Both the position numbers and the translations under genes were made by a program. Of a DNA stretch of 56,022 nt, positions 7,467 through 16,557 are shown one piece after another. Under the pieces are notes generated by a model that saw only the letters and a program-made list of their open reading frames with translations, was not told the origin of the DNA and did no database searches. Position 1 is the first letter of the stretch; each line of letters begins with the position of its first letter. The stretch is from an uncultured bacterium (GTDB taxonomy: Bacteria; Bacteroidota; Bacteroidia; Bacteroidales; JACABE01): the NCBI GenBank assembly GCA_903911455.1, contig CAIWDQ010000383.1:1-56022 (forward strand). Direction: 5' to 3'.

Positions 7467-9602
7467 ATGAAGGTATACCAAACAAATGAAATCAAAAATA
7501 TTGCGTTGGTTGGTGGTGCTAAGTCAGGGAAAACCACTTTAGCAGAAGCAATGTTATTTGAAGGAGGGCTGATTAACAGAAGAGGTTCTGTTGATGATAA
7601 AAACACAGCATCTGATTACAGAGCGATAGAAATTGAACGTCATAATTCAATTTCTTCTACTTTACTTTATTCAGAATTCGGCGGAAAGAAAATAAATATC
7701 ATTGATACTCCAGGGTTCGATGATTTTATCGGAGAAGTAGTTGCTGCTTTAAAAGTGGCTGATACCGCTGTTATGGTTATCAATACACCAAGTGGTATTG
7801 ATGTAGGAACTGATCTTGCATGGCGTTATGCCAATAACTATAAGAATTCAGTTGTTTTTGCAGTTAATCATCTGGAACATGAGAACTCTAATTTCGACGA
7901 AATTATTCGTCAGTTAAAACAGTCGTTCGGGAATGGTATTACTATTTGTCAATATCCTGTTAACCCTGGGCTTGGTTTCAATTCAGTGATTGACATCTTA
8001 AAGATGAAGATGTATAAGTTTCCTGAGAATGGTGGCAAACCTGAGATCTTAGATATTCCTGCTACTGAAATGGATAAAGCTGAAGATTTACATAATACTT
8101 TAGTTGAGAATGCTGCTGAAAATGATGAGTCATTAATGGAGGTTTTCTTCGAAACAGGAACTTTGTCAGAAGAACAACTTATTAAAGGTTTAAAAGCCGG
8201 TGTTACCAATAGAGGAATGTTTCCTGTTATGTGTATCAATAGCAAACACAATATGGGCGTTGCTCGTTTGATGGAATTCATTTGTGAAAATACTCCTTCT
8301 CCAAACGAAATACACAATACTAAGACTGTATCTGGCAAATTAATGACTTATAATACTTCTGATCCTACTTCTTTATTTATATTTAAAACAGGTATTGAAG
8401 AACATTTAGGTGAAGTTTCTTTCTTTAAGGTTTATTCTGGTGAATTAACTGAGGCTATGGATATGGTTAATGCTAGCAATAGTTCTAAAGAAAGAATAAC
8501 TCAGTTATTTGCTGTTGTTGGTAAGAATCGTGAGAAACTAACTAAAGTTGTGGCAGGAGATATAGCTGCAACTATTAAATTAAAATCGTGTACTACTAAC
8601 GATACTCTTAATGCAGGTAAGAATTCAGAAGATAAGATAGAACCTATCATCTTCCCTGATCCTAAATTCCGTACTGCTGTTAAAGCTAAAGTATCTACTG
8701 ATGATGAAAAGCTTGGTGCTTTATTAAATGAAATGCACAAAGTTGATCAGACTATCTTAATTGAGTATTCTAAAGAATTAAAACAAATTATCCTTAGCGG
8801 ACAAGGTGAATTGCATTTGAATATTGCTAAATGGCATATCGAAACGCTTCATAAGATAGAAATTGAGTACTTTGCTCCAAAGATTCCTTATCGCGAAACT
8901 ATTACTAAGAATGCTAAAGCTGTTTATCGTCACAAGAAACAATCTGGTGGTGCAGGACAGTTTGGTGAGGTTCATATGTTGATCCAGCCTTATACCGAAG
9001 GTATGGCTAATCAAACCGAGTTCCCTATCCGTGGTACTACCGAAGAAACTATGTCGTGGGGTGGTAAACTTGTTTATAACAACTGTATAGTTGGTGGTGC
9101 AATTGATGCACGTTTCATGCCTGCTATCCTTAAAGGTATCATGGAGAAAATGGAAGTTGGACCTTTGACAGGTTCTTATGCCCGTGATATCGTTGTTAAT
9201 GTTTATGATGGTAAGATGCACCCTGTTGATTCAAACGAATTAGCTTTTAAATTAGCAGGTCGTCAGGCATTCAGAGAAGCATTTAAGAATGCAGGTCCTA
9301 AGATCCTTGAACCTATTTATGATGTTGAAGTTGTTGTTCCGGCCGAAAGAATGGGTGATGTAATGACCGATCTTCAAGGAAGAAGAGCTGTTGTGATGGG
9401 TATGGATAGCGAAGGTAACAAACAGATCATTAAAGCCAGAGTTCCTTTGGCAGAAATGAATCGTTATTCTACTGCTTTAAGTTCGCTTACTAGTGGAAGA
9501 GCTACTTATGGTTTAAGATTTGCAGAATACCAACAGGTACCTACCGATGTTCAGACTGCTTTACTAAAGGCTTACGAAGAACAGGAAAAAGAAGAAGAAT
9601 AA
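7467..9602 (+). CDS. elongation factor G paralog (EF-G2-like) with degenerate GTPase motifs
   Basis: 711 aa with EF-G domain order I-V. G1 reads GGAKSGKT (canonical AHIDAGKT), switch II reads DTPGF (canonical DTPGH) and G4 reads NHLE (canonical NKxD). Confidence 0.85.
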   Translation: MKVYQTNEIKNIALVGGAKSGKTTLAEAMLFEGGLINRRGSVDDKNTASDYRAIEIERHNSISSTLLYSEFGGKKINIIDTPGFDDFIGEVVAALKVADTAVMVINTPSGIDVGTDLAWRYANNYKNSVVFAVNHLEHENSNFDEIIRQLKQSFGNGITICQYPVNPGLGFNSVIDILKMKMYKFPENGGKPEILDIPATEMDKAEDLHNTLVENAAENDESLMEVFFETGTLSEEQLIKGLKAGVTNRGMFPVMCINSKHNMGVARLMEFICENTPSPNEIHNTKTVSGKLMTYNTSDPTSLFIFKTGIEEHLGEVSFFKVYSGELTEAMDMVNASNSSKERITQLFAVVGKNREKLTKVVAGDIAATIKLKSCTTNDTLNAGKNSEDKIEPIIFPDPKFRTAVKAKVSTDDEKLGALLNEMHKVDQTILIEYSKELKQIILSGQGELHLNIAKWHIETLHKIEIEYFAPKIPYRETITKNAKAVYRHKKQSGGAGQFGEVHMLIQPYTEGMANQTEFPIRGTTEETMSWGGKLVYNNCIVGGAIDARFMPAILKGIMEKMEVGPLTGSYARDIVVNVYDGKMHPVDSNELAFKLAGRQAFREAFKNAGPKILEPIYDVEVVVPAERMGDVMTDLQGRRAVVMGMDSEGNKQIIKARVPLAEMNRYSTALSSLTSGRATYGLRFAEYQQVPTDVQTALLKAYEEQEKEEE

Positions 9603-9626
9603 TTTTTTTAATATCTATATTAAAAA

Positions 9627-9657
9627 GGCAGGGAGAGTATTCTTCCTGCCTTTTTTT
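9627..9657 (+). terminator. rho-independent terminator after the EF-G paralog
   Basis: Stem GGCAGGGAG / CTTCCTGCC followed by T7. Confidence 0.7.
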
Positions 9658-9869
9658 ATTTGTAGAGTCTCTCATTAAGGCGTCTTTAGTAAGAAGGCAC
9701 GATGAAGCAATCTAATTAGGCTTTTAGTTATTTAGGATATTGGAAGGAAATTATTGTGTAATAAATTGTATAGGAGAATTAACATTTTTATTCTTTAAAA
9801 TCGAACGAAGTTTAGCTTTTCGAATATGTTATATGCTTAATATATAAGTTTATATGCTTCCAACCCACT

Positions 9870-10142
9870 CACGAATGCCACGGTATTGAGTTTGTTTGTG
9901 CCGGAATCAAGTTCGTTTTCAACCGTTCTTAGCTTGCATCTAAGGGCGTCGAGAACGAATGCAACGGTGCTGAGCACGAATGCAACGATGTCGAGTACGA
10001 ATGGAACGATTCAGAGCTCGAATGGAACAGTACTGAGCTCGAATGCAACGGTGCTGAGCACGAATGGAATGGTGCTGAGCACGAATGGAACGATGCAGAA
10101 CACGAATGGAACAGTTCAGAGCACTAATGGAACGGTTCAGAG
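9870..10142. repeat. 21-bp phased degenerate tandem array B (13 units)
   Basis: Consensus CACGAATGSAACRRTNYNGAG. Units 2-4 are divergent but keep the 21-nt phase (each ends in AG). Confidence 0.85.
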
Positions 10143-10195
10143 CACGTTTTATTTGATGATAAATTTTTGTGTTCAACTATGTAGTCTATGTGTCC

Positions 10196-10307
10196 TTGCG
10201 GGCTTGACCCGCAATCCCAATCATTAACACTAGTCCTTTCAGGAGATTCCGTGTCAACCACGGAATGACTTTACAACTTTCATGGGATTCCGTGTCAAGC
10301 ACGGAAT
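10196..10307. repeat. three REP-like palindromic hairpins
   Basis: TTGCGGGCTTGACCCGCAA (10196-10214), ATTCCGTGTCAACCACGGAAT (10246-10266) and ATTCCGTGTCAAGCACGGAAT (10287-10307). Confidence 0.7.
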
Positions 10308-10610
10308 GACGGCATGGTATATTAAATTTTGTAATAACACTTTGTGTGCTGATAGTATTGGGGTTCGAAATGATGTTGAGGTACTTTTTGAGTTTAATCA
10401 TTTTTGCTTCTTTATTCTTAAATAATTTCAAAATAATAGTAAAAACGCCTGTATTTTGATGTCTATTTCATAAAAAAGCTTAAATGATTTTATGATTAAT
10501 TTTTAACTAAACTCAGTAATCTGTTAATACAATAACATATATAGAAATTTTAAGCTAAAATACCATAATTGCAAGAAAATCTTTTATTTGGAGAATCAAA
10601 AATAATGTTG

Positions 10611-10618
10611 TATCTTTG
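10611..10618 (+). promoter_or_regulatory. -7 box TATCTTTG, candidate promoter with a ~190-nt leader
   Basis: Exact TAnnTTTG match. It is the only one I found upstream of the ORF starting at 10814. Confidence 0.35.
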
Positions 10619-10813
10619 TGAAAAATTAAAATTGAAATCTTTTTTTGAAGTCGAACTCTCGCCTAAATTTATTTATTAAAACATTTAAATTAATCCGAAA
10701 AGTTTTGCTGTAGGTCCCAGCCTAAAAACAGAACCTTGTGTAGGGGCAATGTATTGGACAGCTAAGCTATACTAATGATTTTTTCTTAAACTGTTTATTA
10801 AATAAATAAAACA

Positions 10814-11734
10814 ATGAACAAGAAAAATTACGGTGATTACGCTTTATATAGCGAATTACAAACTTTCTATCTTTCGAATGCAGCAGTATTTTTATTGTTG
10901 CCAATTATTACTGCATTTTTTGCATTAATTGAAACTAACCGCCAAAAGATTCACACACTTGGCGTACAACAAGGCGAAAATAATAAAGGTCTTGCTATTA
11001 ACAAAAAAGCTCTTAAAGTTGCTCTTGCTACCGAAATTATTACAAATTCGGATCCTGCCTGTGCTTATTTTACTTCAATAGGAGATTTAGTTACAAGCGC
11101 TAAACTAACATTTATATTTTATAAATTAGTATTAATGAGACCTGAAAAGTTAATACAAGTAGCTGAATTGGTAATTTCGTTATTAACTACACATCTTCTT
11201 GTATTGAAAGATTCGGGTATTACTGCAGCCACTATTTTAAAAATAACTACTGCTAAAGCAGCATTAGAATTAGCTGCTGATTTACCAAAATCAAAAATTA
11301 AAGCTAGAAACACAATTACTAAAGAAATTAAGAAAACTGACAAAGAAAATCTTTCAATTATTAAAAGTCAGTTAACTAAAGCTATGAGGATAATAATAGG
11401 TAGTAACGAAGCTGTTTATAATGAATACATGAAAATTATTGAGCCAACTAACGAAGGTGTTCATTCGCACCGCGACACTACTGTAAAAGCTGCTTATACA
11501 CTTAATATGGTACACGATCTTACATTAGAACCTGTTGTAGGTGCTATGTTTAAAATTACAGGTATATCAGGAAGTTTCATAACTGATGCTTATGGCAGCC
11601 TTACCACTAAATTGCCAATTGGCATTTACACAGGTAAAATTGTTGCCATTAATTTTGTAGCACAAGATATTACATTCACAATATTAGCAGATGGTTTAAT
11701 CCAAACAATCAGATTAGTACCTGTAGGTGTTTAG
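10814..11734 (+). CDS. hypothetical protein, helical N-part plus C-terminal beta-sandwich-like domain
   Basis: 306 aa. The C-terminal ~80 aa (VVGAMFKITGISGSFITDAYGSLTTKLPIGIYTGKIVAINF) resemble a carboxypeptidase-regulatory-like fold. A terminator follows. Confidence 0.55.
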   Translation: MNKKNYGDYALYSELQTFYLSNAAVFLLLPIITAFFALIETNRQKIHTLGVQQGENNKGLAINKKALKVALATEIITNSDPACAYFTSIGDLVTSAKLTFIFYKLVLMRPEKLIQVAELVISLLTTHLLVLKDSGITAATILKITTAKAALELAADLPKSKIKARNTITKEIKKTDKENLSIIKSQLTKAMRIIIGSNEAVYNEYMKIIEPTNEGVHSHRDTTVKAAYTLNMVHDLTLEPVVGAMFKITGISGSFITDAYGSLTTKLPIGIYTGKIVAINFVAQDITFTILADGLIQTIRLVPVGV

Positions 11735-11739
11735 GGGAT

Positions 11740-11767
11740 AATTAAGAATTAATAATTTATAATTTAT
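11740..11767. repeat. 7-bp microsatellite AATTAAG AATTAAT AATTTAT AATTTAT
   Basis: Four heptamers between the stop codon (11734) and the terminator hairpin. Confidence 0.7.
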
Positions 11768-11770
11768 AAG

Positions 11771-11805
11771 AGCTTCATCAATTAAGTTTGGTGAAGCTTT
11801 TTTTA
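11771..11805 (+). terminator. rho-independent terminator
   Basis: Stem AGCTTCAT / GTGAAGCT followed by T7. Confidence 0.65.
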
Positions 11806-12331
11806 TTTTTAAATATTTTAGTAGATTTGTTTCTCTAATAACAAATTTTTAATTTTAAAATTACTATTGATTATCTGCAATGATATGTTAAATTTTATTA
11901 AATCATCATCTTTACTAGTCACCTTTTGCTCTTGAATGCAATTAAGAGTTAAGTTTTATAAATAACACATAAATGCTTTATTAAATGAACAAATTATTTT
12001 AAATATATGAACCTCTTTAAAAATAAAATATATGATTACATTACTCACCTTCAAAATTTCATTTTTTGAATGTTTAGGGATATGGTCGCTGGTCGCTGAA
12101 TTAGTACGTACAAAATTACAAAATAATCTTCAATTACACAAGTTTTTCTTGTGCTTTCATCTTATTATTAACCTGTTCGTATTAGGTAAGAATAAGTACT
12201 TGGCGATTTAGCACTTGTACATATAACCCAAATATTACAAGTGAAGTCTGATTTATTTTATAATTTTCAAATTGCATGATGTACTTAAAACATGCAGTTA
12301 TTTATTAACAAACATTTTAATTTTTAACAAT

Positions 12332-13354
12332 ATGAAAAAGTTAATTCTTTTCATTTTTCTTTCGGTTATACTATTAACCGGCAAAAGCTTTGGGCAAGGA
12401 ACTTGCCAAAATGCACCTAACATATACCCATCTGATTCAGTAATACAATTATTATCTACAAATGATACAATTGCATGGTATATTTATAACTCTACTACTC
12501 CAATATTATCTATTCAGGCCTTATTATTTGATTCCATAGCTACTCCAGCATGTGAAATTTATATTTACTCAGGATATTGTAATAATTTAATTCTTATTGA
12601 CACATCACGAAATATTCATTTAGGATTAATTATGAATTCACTATCAATTGGAAATACGTATTATATTAAAATTACCAAAACATCTTTAACTACGGCTGTT
12701 AGATTTCAGGTTAAGAATGCTACAGATCCAGTATTAACTTGTGGAGATACATATTGTCATGATAATGATAATCCACTTTATCATACACCTGGATTTTGTA
12801 ATGATTTGGTTTGTAATGGTAATTTTGAATATTGCACACACCCCCCTGCTACTTTATCACAAATAGGTTTAGCATGCCCTTGGGGGTCAGCAAATGATGC
12901 TACGCCTGATTATTATAGTAGTAATTCTACAGATAATATTCCAGGTACTTCTGTTAATGTCCCAAATAATAGTTTAGGTTATCAACCAGATTTTATTCTA
13001 GGACATAAAGCGTATGCTGGTATGTGTTTTAATGATATGTCTATCGGTGATCCAGATTATCACGAATATATTTATCAAAAATTAAAACATAAAATGTTGC
13101 AAGGGCATTCTTATAATGTATCTATGCTTATAAGTAGAGCTGAACATTATAGATTAGCTATTGATAATATTGGTGTATTTTTCAGTGCTAATACTCCTTA
13201 TTCAACTAATGGAGGCACAAATGTAACACATATTAACGAACCTGTTCAACCGCAATTTACAAGGATTTGGAAAGATCTCAACCCTGTACCTAATAATTAT
13301 ATAACTGACAATATAAACTGGAAAAATTTTAATTTTATGTACACCACCTGTTGA
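12332..13354 (+). CDS. T9SS cargo protein, N-terminal fragment (frameshifted with 13404..16496)
   Basis: Signal peptide MKKLILFIFLSVILLTGKSFGQ begins at 12332 (the track start at 12272 is an upstream extension). The NGNFE..YAG..IDNIGVF domain is cut off at the stop at 13352-13354 and continues in the +1 frame. Confidence 0.7.
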   Translation: MKKLILFIFLSVILLTGKSFGQGTCQNAPNIYPSDSVIQLLSTNDTIAWYIYNSTTPILSIQALLFDSIATPACEIYIYSGYCNNLILIDTSRNIHLGLIMNSLSIGNTYYIKITKTSLTTAVRFQVKNATDPVLTCGDTYCHDNDNPLYHTPGFCNDLVCNGNFEYCTHPPATLSQIGLACPWGSANDATPDYYSSNSTDNIPGTSVNVPNNSLGYQPDFILGHKAYAGMCFNDMSIGDPDYHEYIYQKLKHKMLQGHSYNVSMLISRAEHYRLAIDNIGVFFSANTPYSTNGGTNVTHINEPVQPQFTRIWKDLNPVPNNYITDNINWKNFNFMYTTC

Positions 13355-13403
13355 TGTAGAATATATCGTTATTGGAGCATTCGGTCCACAAACCTATCAA
13401 GAT

Positions 13404-16400
13404 ATGGGACCTTCTTATATGTATTATTCCAGCTATTATTATTTTGATGAAGTTCATGTTATACCGAATGCAAATATTACAAGTTCTTCTTTAAATGCAT
13501 GCCTCAACAATAAAGTAACTTATACAACTGAGAGTGGAATGAGCAACTATTTATGGACAATTTCTTCTGGTGGTACCGTTACTTCTGGTGGTGGAACAAA
13601 TGATCCCACCATAACAGTAAATTGGAATACAACAGGTTCACACACTATTACTGTAAGTTATAGTAATAATGGGTGTATAACTTCAGGTACATATAATGTA
13701 AATGTTTTGCCTTCTCCTCAAATCCCAACTATTACAGGACCAAACAATGATTGCATATTAACAGATAATTATACTTTTTCAAACTCAGGAGTAAATTATA
13801 TTAGTTATTTATGGAATATATCTCCAACTAGTTTTGGTACAATAAATGGCACAAATGCATCACCTAATGTTAACATTTCATGGAATGCAGGGTTGATAAC
13901 AAATTCAAATCCAGGCAATTTAAACTTAACTGTAACAGATGGTAATGGCTGTTCAATTACTGCAACTTATAATATCTATTCTTGTTGTAATAATGCAGAT
14001 TATATAAATCTTGATGATCCCAACATTATTTATACTGCAGGAAATATTCCTACTAATAGTGATCCTTTATTTATAAATGGAACAATTAATTTAAGTGGAA
14101 GTATAACAATATTTAATAAAACAGTATATTTAGGACCAAATGCAGGAATAAACCTATTGCCAAATTCAACTTTAAATATTGATAATAATTCAGTCTTTAC
14201 ATGTCGTTATAAAGGATGTTATAATATGTGGGATGGGATTTATACATCTGATAATACCACAAGATTATTTGTATCAAATGGTTCAACAATTGAGGATGCT
14301 ATTAATGGCTTGGTATCAGAAAATGGTGGAATAATATATTTACTTAGTACAAATCCTTCTGTTCCTTCTAATAATGTTAAAATGTTAGACAACCTTTTTA
14401 ATGTAAAAATAATTAATAATGGAACTTCTATTACTTATCCTGGTTCTATTACAAATACTGTTTTTTCTAATGATAATTCAGGTAATAATTATCTATTGCA
14501 ATATCCTCCTTATATGAATGCTAAAACTTTAGTAGGAATATATTGCAATAATTCACATAATTTTACTATAGGAAACGACGGTGATGTAAATTATAGAAAT
14601 ACATTTGAAAATATGCGTTTTGGTATTTATTCCTATAATTCGGATATCAATGTTTACAACAATCAATTTACAAATATTGAAAATGGAACTTCACCTCTTC
14701 CTCCTTTTCCTATATTATCAAGTTATTCTGAAGGTGCAATTTTTGCTTTTAATGATATTAATGACTATTACAATTTAAAAACTATAAATGTAGGAGGTAG
14801 TAATTTAAAACGTAATTATTTTGAAAAATGTAATACAGGAATTTTTACTTACCAATATGTAAACAATTTGATTAATAACGATTTTAATGATTGTTATGAC
14901 GGAATTGATCTGGTTAGGATATCTAATACATTTGTTAAAAATAATAGCATAACTACAACTTTAGGAAATCCAATAATTGGAAATGGAATAGCAATTAGCA
15001 ATACACATCCTACTCCTCATAATATTGGTGTAAATTGTACCGTTGATTTGAATGATATTGTAAACAAACAGGTAGGTATTAGACTATTATGTGTAAATTC
15101 AACAGACATATCACATTCAATAGTGACAAATAATACTATCAATAATTTTATTTCGTTAAGCAGTCCACCTATATTACAATTTCATGAACAAATTGGCATT
15201 ACTGCATACTACTGTGAAGGTATTTATGTAGCATTAAATCTAGTTAAGAGAAATTTCCCAATGAGTTTTAATCAAACTGATTATAATAATATACGAGGTG
15301 TTTGGATGAGCGATTGCCAAAATGCATATGTGTTCCAAAATCATCTGATAAATATGGGTAATGGAATTTATACTACCGGATTTTTAAACAACACAAAGTT
15401 TGATTGTAATAGATTAGATGGAAATTACTATGGTTTCCGCTTTGGACCCACCACTTTCAATATGAGTAATCAAGGTGTATCTGGTGGTTATAATCCATAC
15501 AATGAGTGGAATTTTGATAATACTACATTTAAAAGGATGGTTGATAATGGGTTAAATGGTTCATTCATCTATTTTTATTACCCACAATTTTCAAACTATG
15601 ATCCGAATTTTTCAATTAATGCACCACCTGTACAAACAATATTAAATCCAGGTGGTATTAGCAAATGTAATAATACTCCTACTGGTGGGAATACAGATCC
15701 ATTAGGTTATGGCTTATATATTGGAACTTTGGATGCGCGTGAAGCTGAATTGGGGCAAATAGTAAGGGACGAAAAAATATATAATTATTTGGAAGAACAA
15801 TGTCGTGAAACAGATCGGGAATATGTATTTGAAATGTTAAAAAAAGATCCTACTATAATGTATATGGGTGGATCTGATGATAATATTTATATGCAATTTT
15901 ATCAAGATGAATTAAATTCTGATATTGGTAAAATACAACAAATGCAAGATGAATTGACGAATAATAATATAGAACTTGCCCGTCAGATGTTATCACAAGT
16001 AATAGGGGATGATGTTATCAACAATAATCGTAAGATAGTAGATAATATTTATCTGGATACATGGGCAAGTAATATATATGATTTTACAGATGATCAATAT
16101 AATACATTATATTCTATTGCTAGCCTTACTCCTTATGCAGGTGGAGATGCAGTATATACTGCACGAGTAATGCTTCATTTAGACCCTTCAGAACTTAATC
16201 TCCTTTACACAAAACCTCCTGTGCATAATCAACAGAATATTACCGAAAATACTGTAAAGGTATATCCTAATCCTGCTAACAAGCAATTCACTATCGAATT
16301 TAAGGATGTAATCAGTGGTAATGCTATTGTAGAAGTTTACGGTATAATGGGGAACTTGGTACTTACCGACAATTTGCAAGGTGTTTACATCAAAAATATT

Positions 16401-16496
16401 GATGTAAGTAAATTAAATGATGGTTTGTATTTTTATAAAATAAGTATGAATGGAACAAATGTTTCAACAGGTAAATTAACAATATTAAATAAGTAA
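13404..16496 (+). CDS. T9SS cargo protein, main part (Ig-like and beta-helix-like repeats, type A sorting domain)
   Basis: 1030 aa. The frame is open from 13317 and reads ..PPVDVEYIVIGAFGPQ..YYYFDEVHV, completing the upstream domain. Repeated N-rich beta-helix-like segments follow. C-terminus VKVYPNPANKQFTIEF...GLYFYKI...GKLTILNK is a T9SS type A sorting domain. Confidence 0.8.
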   Translation: MGPSYMYYSSYYYFDEVHVIPNANITSSSLNACLNNKVTYTTESGMSNYLWTISSGGTVTSGGGTNDPTITVNWNTTGSHTITVSYSNNGCITSGTYNVNVLPSPQIPTITGPNNDCILTDNYTFSNSGVNYISYLWNISPTSFGTINGTNASPNVNISWNAGLITNSNPGNLNLTVTDGNGCSITATYNIYSCCNNADYINLDDPNIIYTAGNIPTNSDPLFINGTINLSGSITIFNKTVYLGPNAGINLLPNSTLNIDNNSVFTCRYKGCYNMWDGIYTSDNTTRLFVSNGSTIEDAINGLVSENGGIIYLLSTNPSVPSNNVKMLDNLFNVKIINNGTSITYPGSITNTVFSNDNSGNNYLLQYPPYMNAKTLVGIYCNNSHNFTIGNDGDVNYRNTFENMRFGIYSYNSDINVYNNQFTNIENGTSPLPPFPILSSYSEGAIFAFNDINDYYNLKTINVGGSNLKRNYFEKCNTGIFTYQYVNNLINNDFNDCYDGIDLVRISNTFVKNNSITTTLGNPIIGNGIAISNTHPTPHNIGVNCTVDLNDIVNKQVGIRLLCVNSTDISHSIVTNNTINNFISLSSPPILQFHEQIGITAYYCEGIYVALNLVKRNFPMSFNQTDYNNIRGVWMSDCQNAYVFQNHLINMGNGIYTTGFLNNTKFDCNRLDGNYYGFRFGPTTFNMSNQGVSGGYNPYNEWNFDNTTFKRMVDNGLNGSFIYFYYPQFSNYDPNFSINAPPVQTILNPGGISKCNNTPTGGNTDPLGYGLYIGTLDAREAELGQIVRDEKIYNYLEEQCRETDREYVFEMLKKDPTIMYMGGSDDNIYMQFYQDELNSDIGKIQQMQDELTNNNIELARQMLSQVIGDDVINNNRKIVDNIYLDTWASNIYDFTDDQYNTLYSIASLTPYAGGDAVYTARVMLHLDPSELNLLYTKPPVHNQQNITENTVKVYPNPANKQFTIEFKDVISGNAIVEVYGIMGNLVLTDNLQGVYIKNIDVSKLNDGLYFYKISMNGTNVSTGKLTILNK

Positions 16497-16513
16497 TACA
16501 ACTTTTTATAAGT

Positions 16514-16538
16514 AAATCCTGTTTATATGACAGGATTT
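16514..16538 (+). terminator. hairpin AAATCCTGT-loop-ACAGGATTT
   Basis: 9-bp stem 18 nt after the stop, followed by a T-rich tract. Confidence 0.5.
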
Positions 16539-16541
16539 ACT

Positions 16542-16549
16542 TATTTTTG
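16542..16549 (+). promoter_or_regulatory. -7 box TATTTTTG
   Basis: TAnnTTTG match only 8 nt before the ATG at 16558, implying a near-leaderless mRNA. Confidence 0.35.
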
Positions 16550-16557
16550 TAATTTAA

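Noticed and set aside
9886-10227. ORFs 9886-10227 (+) and 9940-10176 (-) encoding heptad-repeat peptides (..STNGTVQ..)
   Set aside because: Both strands are open only because the 21-bp repeat lacks stop triplets. There is no promoter box or plausible start context, and the sister arrays A, D and F are closed in most frames.
10186-10431. ORF 10186-10431 (-)
   Set aside because: It is a translation of the REP-like palindromes (..RHSVLDTES.., ..IPWLTRNL.., ..IAGQARKD..), a classic spurious ORF type.
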